Part shown: positions 36,670 to 42,685 of the stretch, in pieces
Layout of the letters: every line of letters begins with the position of its first letter
How positions within the stretch are numbered: the first letter of the stretch is position 1
Origin: an uncultured virus (IMG/VR IMGVR_UViG_3300037483_001817)
Lineage: Duplodnaviria; Heunggongvirae; Uroviricota; Caudoviricetes
Reading direction: 5' to 3' (one strand)
DNA: 42,685 nucleotides
IMG/VR virus record: IMGVR_UViG_3300037483_001817
Notes under the pieces: model-generated
What the model was told of the DNA's origin: nothing
The model's database searches: none
What the model saw: the letters and a program-made list of their open reading frames with translations, nothing else
Made by a program: the position numbers and the translations under genes

Positions 36670-37269
36670 TTAGATGGCACTGCCGATCATCGCCGAAAAG
36701 AATGTACAGTCGTTCAAACCGATGTACATGACGTCAACCTCGATCGACTCCTTGCACGCGTGATACTCGACGACGGTATCCACAGCATTCGTCGCGAACA
36801 GATCTCCGGGGACCGGGCCCGGCTGCTTGAACTGCGACTTTCCGTCACCACGAAGATCCTCGATCAGCCAGTCAGCGGCACCCCCGATCGAGCCGGCGTT
36901 GCTAACGACGAAACGGCTGGGAAGGAAGGGGCCACCTAGAATCGGAAGCTTCAGGGTCACTTTCTGCATAGCCCGCACGCGAGGCTCAGTGGTGGGTTTG
37001 GTAGTTGCATCCTCCGCTGTGTAGTGAACGGCCGAGCTGATCGGCATGATCATCCGCCGCTCTCCGTTGGGCGCAGCGAGAACGGCCGCATAGATCTCGG
37101 TGATGAATCCAAGCGCTTCGGGTGGCAACTCGAACGAGCGGCGAATCTCGTCGCAGGTCTTGATATCGATCTTCTTCAGCAGCGCGACGGTCTGTTGCTT
37201 CGCTGCCTCGCGTGCCTGATCGGAGATGTCGCGAAAACGGAGGTTGGCGAGGTGTTGGAGGTTGTGCAT
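36670..37269 (-). CDS. helical N-domain + single copy of the same beta-sandwich repeat
   Basis: MPISS..FLPSRFVVSNAG..GGAADWLIEDLR..GKSQF..GPVPGDLFA..IEVDVMYIGLN..FFSAMIG; closest to repeat 5 of 34443-36581. Confidence 0.8.
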   Translation of the reverse strand: MHNLQHLANLRFRDISDQAREAAKQQTVALLKKIDIKTCDEIRRSFELPPEALGFITEIYAAVLAAPNGERRMIMPISSAVHYTAEDATTKPTTEPRVRAMQKVTLKLPILGGPFLPSRFVVSNAGSIGGAADWLIEDLRGDGKSQFKQPGPVPGDLFATNAVDTVVEYHACKESIEVDVMYIGLNDCTFFSAMIGSAI

Positions 37270-37311
37270 CGAACGATCTTACACCCCGTCACCCCGTCAG
37301 GTCTTAGTGCG

Positions 37312-38268
37312 TTAGAACCAGGCGCGGCCGGCAACGGCGGAAGTCCGTGCAGCCGAGCCCCACACGCGACCGACGAACTCGGCGTTGCGCAGCGTGTCTT
37401 CGAGACGATTCGCGAGGCCGCGCTTGCTCGGCGCGTTCCATAGCCGCTGGAGACCATCACCCATCTGGGCAAGGGGGAACGACATCACCTTCTGCCGCAG
37501 ATCGTTCCAGCTCGTCGGCGGCGAGCCATCGCGCCGCGTGATCTTGGGGACCAGCTCGGTGATCACGGCCGGAGCTGCATGGATCTGCTTGACCGCCGAT
37601 CCGAAATCGAAGCTCGTCTCCGGCCAGTTGATGCCGTTCTGCGCGAACACACGACGAACCGCGTCGCGCGACGCCAGCACCTTTCGGAGACCAGCCCCCA
37701 CCTGCCACCCTGAGCTCGGGATGATCTTCAACACGTGCGGCCGATAGTTTTGATTCACCTTGCGCGTGTGCTTCATCGCAAGCAGTTCCAGACCGTGCTC
37801 CCCCAGGAGATGCTCTGCGGTACTTTCAACCGCGTCGTACCACTGGCGGTAGACTTCCTCCTGCGCCTCGCGCTCTGCCTCCATCTGGGCATCTTCGCCT
37901 TCCGCTCCCCGAGACATTTCCCAATAGTGCTGCTGGTTCCTCTCGTCGACACTGTCCCAGTCGGGAAGACCGAAGAGCTTCGCGAGCTGGTCGATGGTGA
38001 TCTTGTCGCTAGGTGGCGCCTTCGCCGCCGCCGCTGCTGCCTTCGCCGCGGTAGGGGTCGGGGCTCTTTTCGTCGCGTGACTCCGCTGCGGAGCAACGCG
38101 CGCCTTCGGCCGGGACGACGGCGCGCTCATCAGTGCGAATGGTCCGCCTCCACCGTAGTTGGAGTACCCAGGCACCGATCGCCGCGACGATTGTGTGCGG
38201 AGAGCTTCGGCGATCTCGCGTTCGAGCTGGCGGGGCGATTTCGATCGGGGGCTTCGTGAGCGTTGCAT
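37312..38268 (-). CDS. hypothetical protein with N-terminal KSPRQLEREIAEAL tag and basic disordered linker
   Basis: ORF track; AAGGA SD. Confidence 0.7.
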   Translation of the reverse strand: MQRSRSPRSKSPRQLEREIAEALRTQSSRRSVPGYSNYGGGGPFALMSAPSSRPKARVAPQRSHATKRAPTPTAAKAAAAAAKAPPSDKITIDQLAKLFGLPDWDSVDERNQQHYWEMSRGAEGEDAQMEAEREAQEEVYRQWYDAVESTAEHLLGEHGLELLAMKHTRKVNQNYRPHVLKIIPSSGWQVGAGLRKVLASRDAVRRVFAQNGINWPETSFDFGSAVKQIHAAPAVITELVPKITRRDGSPPTSWNDLRQKVMSFPLAQMGDGLQRLWNAPSKRGLANRLEDTLRNAEFVGRVWGSAARTSAVAGRAWF

Positions 38269-38417
38269 GGGATCCTTCGTGCATCATGCAGCCCGGGTTC
38301 GCGGGCCGCAATGTTCCGTCAGTTACCGTCGTCCAGGGCGCGAAGCCTCCGGCCGAGCTGCCCGGTGCAGATGCGGCGTGCGATAGCGAGCACGTGTTCT
38401 GGTACGCGCATCGTGAC

Positions 38418-38681
38418 CTAACGCCCAAGCATGTAGAAAGACCACCCGATGAACCACGCGACGCCAGGTGGCGTTAGGCTGATCGGTCGTCCATGAGAGT
38501 GAAGGAGAACAAACGCACTCCCATTCGTCGTCACTTGATCAGGACACACGACTCCGTATCCAGACCAGAGCCACACCGAGCTTCCGTGCTTGGTGTGTCC
38601 CAAAAGCACGTTGCGACAAGGATCGCCGAACGCTCCCTGATGCCATTCTGTTGGGCTGATATCCACGTGTTCACCGTTCAC
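38418..38681 (-). CDS. hypothetical protein
   Basis: ORF track, co-oriented with neighbours; weak start. Confidence 0.4.
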   Translation of the reverse strand: MNGEHVDISPTEWHQGAFGDPCRNVLLGHTKHGSSVWLWSGYGVVCPDQVTTNGSAFVLLHSHGRPISLTPPGVAWFIGWSFYMLGR

Positions 38682-38693
38682 CGAACAGACTTG

Positions 38694-39266
38694 TTATTCT
38701 GCGCGGTCGACCAGGGTTTTGATCTCTTCCCAGACTTCCAGGTCACGACGCGTCCGCTCGTCGTCTGCCTCCGACCTGGGCTGCCGAACCTTGTTGACGG
38801 TCATGAAGACCTCGCCACTGAGCAGGGCCCGCAGAAACTTCAGCTTCGCTGGGACCACCTTCCGCAGCTCGCGCATGTCTGCACCAGGGAACATCGTGAC
38901 GAACGCGAGGATCTTCTGCGCGTCCGAGTACACACCAACGCCGTCCCAGTGAACGTGCCCCTTGTCGTCGAGAAACATTGCCCCGCCCCACTCGGTGTAC
39001 GTGGACGTCTTGGGCTTGTTCCAGCGGCCTGTTTGGGGGTTGAGGGTCTGCGAGACGAAGCGCCAGCCCTTCTTCGGCTTGGGACCTTCGAGCCAATATC
39101 TGATCTGGGTCCTTTTCGTGAACCCGTACGGGTAATCAGCGACGACGTACGCCGTGGCCTCGCTCGTGTGGCCGTAAAGCGGCTGCTTGCCTTCGACTGC
39201 CGCGCCGATCGGACGCGAGAGAGATTCGGCGATTTCGCGATCGAGCTGGGCGGGGGTCTTGGTCAT
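38694..39266 (-). CDS. phage-type hypothetical protein (GHTS..TAYVV.DYPYGF...WNKPK.STY) with N-terminal KTPAQLDREIAESL tag
   Basis: GAGG SD 6 nt before ATG 39266. Confidence 0.75.
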   Translation of the reverse strand: MTKTPAQLDREIAESLSRPIGAAVEGKQPLYGHTSEATAYVVADYPYGFTKRTQIRYWLEGPKPKKGWRFVSQTLNPQTGRWNKPKTSTYTEWGGAMFLDDKGHVHWDGVGVYSDAQKILAFVTMFPGADMRELRKVVPAKLKFLRALLSGEVFMTVNKVRQPRSEADDERTRRDLEVWEEIKTLVDRAE

Positions 39267-39282
39267 GGTCATCCTCGATTGG

Positions 39283-39639
39283 TCAGCGGGTGAGATCGGC
39301 GTAGGCGCGGGAGAGCGGACTCTCCGGGTCTGGGTTGCGCGCGAGCTGCGCATCGGCCTCTGCACGATTCTGGGGCCAGGTAACGGTGTAGACAGTGACC
39401 TTGCCCGAGGCGTCACGAATCGTGACCCGTCCCGTTTTGGCCAGCTTCACCGTTGCACCCAGCGCGCGAAGCTTGCGCAGGTAGAACGCGGTTCCCGCGG
39501 TGTGAATGCCATCCTTTAGGCCGACGATGTGGATCGTCTTGGATGCCCTCTTGGCGATCGGCGCAGCCGCAGTCGCCGGGGCAGGCTGCGAAAGTGCTTC
39601 GGCGATTTCGCGTTCGAGTTGGGCGGGAGTCTTGCGCAT
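39283..39639 (-). CDS. hypothetical protein with N-terminal KTPAQLEREIAEAL tag
   Basis: ORF track; 1 nt after upstream stop. Confidence 0.7.
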   Translation of the reverse strand: MRKTPAQLEREIAEALSQPAPATAAAPIAKRASKTIHIVGLKDGIHTAGTAFYLRKLRALGATVKLAKTGRVTIRDASGKVTVYTVTWPQNRAEADAQLARNPDPESPLSRAYADLTR

Positions 39640-39640
39640 G

Positions 39641-39847
39641 TCAGCGCACCAGCTTCTTGGTACGAGCGACGCTGGCTTCCGCCATCGTCAGATTCTTGCG
39701 TGCTTCCCGCAGTGCCGGGTAGGTGTCGGCCTTGCGGCGCGCGTTTTCGTGAGCACGCTCGGCCTGCGCGAGCAGGGTGCGCGCTCTTCCCATCTCGGCG
39801 GAGACCGCGACCAGGACGTCGAGCATTTCGTCTCGGGGCGTGCTCAC
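39641..39847 (-). CDS. small coiled-coil protein
   Basis: GGAGG SD, GTGA overlap. Confidence 0.6.
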   Translation of the reverse strand: MSTPRDEMLDVLVAVSAEMGRARTLLAQAERAHENARRKADTYPALREARKNLTMAEASVARTKKLVR

Positions 39848-39897
39848 GATCCTCCACCAACGTACGCGTGATCGAGTTGTGCGGGAGTCTTGGCCAT
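39844..39897 (-). CDS. 17-aa micro-ORF MAKTPAQLDHAYVGGGS (truncated tag)
   Basis: First 9 residues match the tag; TAGGAT 5 nt upstream; coupled to next gene. Confidence 0.45.
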   Translation of the reverse strand: MAKTPAQLDHAYVGGGS

Positions 39898-39925
39898 GGG
39901 AGATCCTATTCCGTGGGAGGGAACG

Positions 39926-40588
39926 TTACGCCAAGAGCCTCTGCTCGGACACAATCTCGGCGTCGATGACGTCGTCCTGCATGGTCGGGTTCCAACGGGG
40001 TGCCGTTTCGACCGGGCTACGGCGCGGGCTCGGACGCGAGGGCGCTGGCGCCTCATCAACGGCGATCGGGTTCTCGACGGGCACGTTCGCCCGCCCGCCG
40101 CGGCTCTTGCGCGCGCGTGTCGCCGCAGCCCGCGCCGCAGCCTCGTGCTTCTTGCAGGCGGCCTCGCGAGCAAGTGCGATCGACGATCCATTCGCGAGTG
40201 CGTTGATCAGGACCAGCACGACGAGGGCGACCGTGCTCGTTGCACCGGTAGACACCAGCATGACGCCTTCGATGGCGAGGACAAAGCCGAGCGCTTTGCG
40301 GGTGTCATTGAACGTGGCACGACCGAACTTGTAGACCGTGATCGCGGAGAAGAGCGCGCAGCCAAGCACGACCGCGAGCATGACCATCGCGAGTCCCGAG
40401 TTACCGGAGGACCAGGTGGCCGGCAGCTGCCCGTGCGCCAGGGTGCGCGCGAACCAGGGAACGACAGCGCCGACCAGGGCACCGATCAGCGTCGCCTGCG
40501 GATAGCGGATCGCGCATGCGAGCTGCGTGACGATGTCGGTGGTAGCGGACTTGTCGGAGGTCACTCGGGTCCTGCGGCGCTTGCTCAT
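39926..40588 (-). CDS. four-TM membrane protein with basic/disordered C-terminal tail
   Basis: Four hydrophobic segments; start re-assigned to ATG 40588. Confidence 0.75.
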   Translation of the reverse strand: MSKRRRTRVTSDKSATTDIVTQLACAIRYPQATLIGALVGAVVPWFARTLAHGQLPATWSSGNSGLAMVMLAVVLGCALFSAITVYKFGRATFNDTRKALGFVLAIEGVMLVSTGATSTVALVVLVLINALANGSSIALAREAACKKHEAAARAAATRARKSRGGRANVPVENPIAVDEAPAPSRPSPRRSPVETAPRWNPTMQDDVIDAEIVSEQRLLA

Positions 40589-40653
40589 GGGGCGGAGTAA
40601 GAGCACCCCGCGTGCCGTGTGCAAGACCGCGCAAGTATGCGGCTCGAAACCGT

Positions 40654-40722
40654 GGGTAGCTACGCACCCGTCTCTCTCGCGTTGAGGCTCGGGGTGATGC
40701 AGACACGGGTATTGTAGTACCC
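40654..40722. promoter_or_regulatory. Paired operators GGGTA-N6-TACCC (40654-40669 one mismatch; 40707-40722 perfect)
   Basis: GGGTAgctacgCACCC and GGGTAttgtagTACCC; proximal box 65 nt from ATG 40588 (- strand). Confidence 0.7.
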
Positions 40723-40865
40723 ATAGTCGCGTGGCTGCCAGCTGGCCGCTGGCCGCTGCTCTCTGCCGTGCGAACACAGCTGGGGAGTGTGGGGGCGTCT
40801 AGATCAGCTCGTCGAGAGGTAACAGAACGAGGCGCCAAGCCAATATTTTGTTACCTTCGGCCAGG

Positions 40866-41201
40866 ATGACTACCGCTCCCCTGACTTCCCGACGCTCAAC
40901 GAAGAAGGCTCCTCCGATGCAGCCGATGCAGCGCTACGTGGTGGGTGACATCGTCGAGTTGAACTCCGGCGGTCCTCCGATGACCGTAGCCGGCATCAGC
41001 ACACCGGGTCGCAACACCGACGTCCCCGGTACCTCCGACATCGTCGTGTGGTGGCGGTTGAAGAGCGGCAAGCCCCAGATCGCCGAACTCGACTCGCGTT
41101 GCGTGCATCGCAACGCGACTGCGCTCCAGATGAATCGCCTCGCACGTGCGCTCCAGCAGGATCGGCACCCGAAGAAGAAGCCGCACCGCCGCCGCGTCTA
41201 G
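40866..41201 (+). CDS. YodC/DUF2158-like small protein
   Basis: VGDIVELNSGGPPMTV...VWW. Confidence 0.7.
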   Translation: MTTAPLTSRRSTKKAPPMQPMQRYVVGDIVELNSGGPPMTVAGISTPGRNTDVPGTSDIVVWWRLKSGKPQIAELDSRCVHRNATALQMNRLARALQQDRHPKKKPHRRRV

Positions 41202-41430
41202 CTCGGTTCTAATTCTGTCGAGTTTTGAGGAAACGCGGTTCGATTCATGTCGGCACCCGTGCGAATTCCGTCGCCACGGCGCGGAAAACGCGTGCGAGTT
41301 CCTCGATCGCGGCGCGCCGTTTTCGATGGTTGGCTAGGGTTCTGAGGAAGCCCGAGGGGTATCTGGGAAACACGGGGTTTCAGGGCACACTCCTGGCCGC
41401 TGGCCGCTGGCCGCGGGCCGTAATGCGGCG

Positions 41431-42207
41431 TCATGCCGTTTTTCGTTGCTGCACGAGGGTGACCAGCTCTGTGACGCTCGCAAACGGACCGAGAACCTGC
41501 GCCAACGCTTTCTTGGCTTCGTCGTTGAGTACCCAGATTGCGCGGCTGTCGTCGAGCCATCTCTCGTACAGCTCGTGGACCTTGTCTGAGGTTTGACGCA
41601 TCTCGATGACGACATCGCTGAAGGCCCTGTTCTGCTCGAACATCTCGAAGCAGCGCGCGTAGATTTCTCCGGGCTCCCGGGGAGAAAACGGCCGCCCGAT
41701 CCCGCGTGGCAGCTTTGCCAGTTCTTTGGGGTCGTACACCACGACTACTTGCTCGTGTCCTCTGGCATCTCGTCGAGGGACGCGAGCTGGATGTAGCAAC
41801 CCGCGCTCCTCGTAGTTCTTGAGGGTTTGTATCGAGATGCTGAGAGCATCAGTGCTCTCGTTACGCGTCAGCCACGTGCTCGTGTCGATCGTGTTCGCTG
41901 ACTTGGTTGGTCTAGTCAGCTCCTGAAGTTTATCGCGTAGTTTGGTCAACTCTCTTGGATCGTGCATCACGACGACGTGCTCGCGCCCCTTGGTGTCTTG
42001 TCGAGACACACGCTGCGGACACAGCAGTCCACGCCGTTCGTAGTTTTTGATCGTCGACACCGCGACGCCCAAGAGGCGTCCACTCTCCTCTCGGGTGAGC
42101 CAGCCTTCGGTCTCAGACGGATCAAGCGAATCTGACGTTTCAGACGGATCAGATTTTTGGATCTCCTTGTTGGGGACATCTGCGTGTGTGTTGTGTCGGG
42201 TAACCAT
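41431..42207 (-). CDS. DNA-binding protein with two tandem MerR/excisionase-like HTH repeats and a possible third HTH
   Basis: WLTREES..LLGV.VSTIKNYERRGLL.P and WLTRNES..LSISIQTLKNYEERGLLHP. Confidence 0.8.
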   Translation of the reverse strand: MVTRHNTHADVPNKEIQKSDPSETSDSLDPSETEGWLTREESGRLLGVAVSTIKNYERRGLLCPQRVSRQDTKGREHVVVMHDPRELTKLRDKLQELTRPTKSANTIDTSTWLTRNESTDALSISIQTLKNYEERGLLHPARVPRRDARGHEQVVVVYDPKELAKLPRGIGRPFSPREPGEIYARCFEMFEQNRAFSDVVIEMRQTSDKVHELYERWLDDSRAIWVLNDEAKKALAQVLGPFASVTELVTLVQQRKTA

Positions 42208-42331
42208 CTATGTTCGCGATCAAGGATGGCTGTTTGCGGGCTGGAAGGCAATGTTTTGGCTGGCCAGCAAACCAGTTAGGGCGGGGGCAACATTCACGAT
42301 TTGCCCTTACGGATCGGCTAAAGCTGGATAG

Positions 42332-42685
42332 GTGCCGGACGAAACCACCAGCGCAATCGACCGTGTTTTCGACCTCATTGACAGTGGGGTCAACGCGGCT
42401 GACCGCGTGCTCAACCGGCACAAGTACACGGAAGAGACGCTCCAGCAGACACGGCGCGGCAAGCGTCGCGAGGTCATCGACGTCGAGCATTCCGACAAGC
42501 CGAAGGCCAAGCCGTCTTCCTCCACCGCGGTAGCGAAGAGACTGCACTTCTACATCGTCGAGACGGTCGATCCGAAGTCCGGCAGCACGATCTTCGTCGT
42601 CACTGACGGCGGCAACGCGCGTACGGAGTGCAGCACACGCGCGTTCGCAGCCCAGATCCTGCGGGCGCTGGAGAAGGCGTCGTGA
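42332..42685 (+). CDS. hypothetical protein
   Basis: ORF track, divergent from HTH gene. Confidence 0.6.
   Translation: MPDETTSAIDRVFDLIDSGVNAADRVLNRHKYTEETLQQTRRGKRREVIDVEHSDKPKAKPSSSTAVAKRLHFYIVETVDPKSGSTIFVVTDGGNARTECSTRAFAAQILRALEKAS

Larger units (their letters stand above)
1..42685. mobile_element. Segment of a large prokaryotic virus/provirus-like element (probable Myxococcota host)
   Basis: Dozens of short coupled hypothetical ORFs (ATGA/GTGA/TGATG overlaps), Cys-rich mini-proteins, ruvB without ruvA/ruvC, collagen/Gly-rich fibre genes, glycosylation island, no housekeeping operons. No hallmark terminase/portal/integrase seen, so element type is inferred. Confidence 0.75.

Noticed and set aside
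116..40777. Long N-terminal extensions in the ORF track (e.g. starts 116, 1127, 5280, 7480, 13587, 14174, 29979, 39416, 40777)
   Set aside because: They overlap upstream genes or regulatory DNA; downstream starts with SD and stop/start coupling fit better
1..42685. CRISPR array, tRNA, rRNA, integrase, terminase, reverse transcriptase
   Set aside because: No regularly spaced repeat-spacer array, cloverleaf or diagnostic protein motif recognised by eye; a tRNAscan/HMM run would be needed to exclude them fully

Overview
GC-rich, gene-dense segment that reads as part of a large prokaryotic virus or provirus genome, probably with a Myxococcota host (inferred from a myxobacterial-style kinase, TPR protein and Cys-rich lipoprotein). 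No terminase, portal, tail, integrase, rRNA, tRNA or CRISPR array was recognised. Layout: (1) 1-17.1 kb, + strand: a chain of translationally coupled small hypothetical genes. It includes a membrane-anchored RuvA-domain-III-like protein, a divergent ruvB, a Ser/Thr kinase, a secreted TPR protein and a Gly-rich lipoprotein. (2) 17.1-34.1 kb, mostly - strand: two collagen-like proteins with a shared leader, a cupin, two 2OG-Fe(II) oxygenases and a ~13 kb island of glycosyltransferase, SAM methyltransferase and GH130-like propeller genes. (3) 34.3-37.3 kb: a structured RNA leader in front of a protein with five tandem beta-sandwich (possibly jelly-roll) repeats, plus a single-domain paralog. (4) 37.3-39.9 kb: unrelated proteins sharing an N-terminal K[TS]PxQL[DE]REIAE[AS]L tag. 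(5) 39.9-42.7 kb: a 4-TM protein, a YodC-like protein and a tandem-HTH protein. Best candidate for a new system: a GGGTA-N6-TACCC palindrome sits 65-67 nt upstream of three genes (TM-RuvA-III, ruvB, 4-TM protein), suggesting a co-regulated, membrane-tethered RuvB motor. All family assignments are by motif recognition, not database search.
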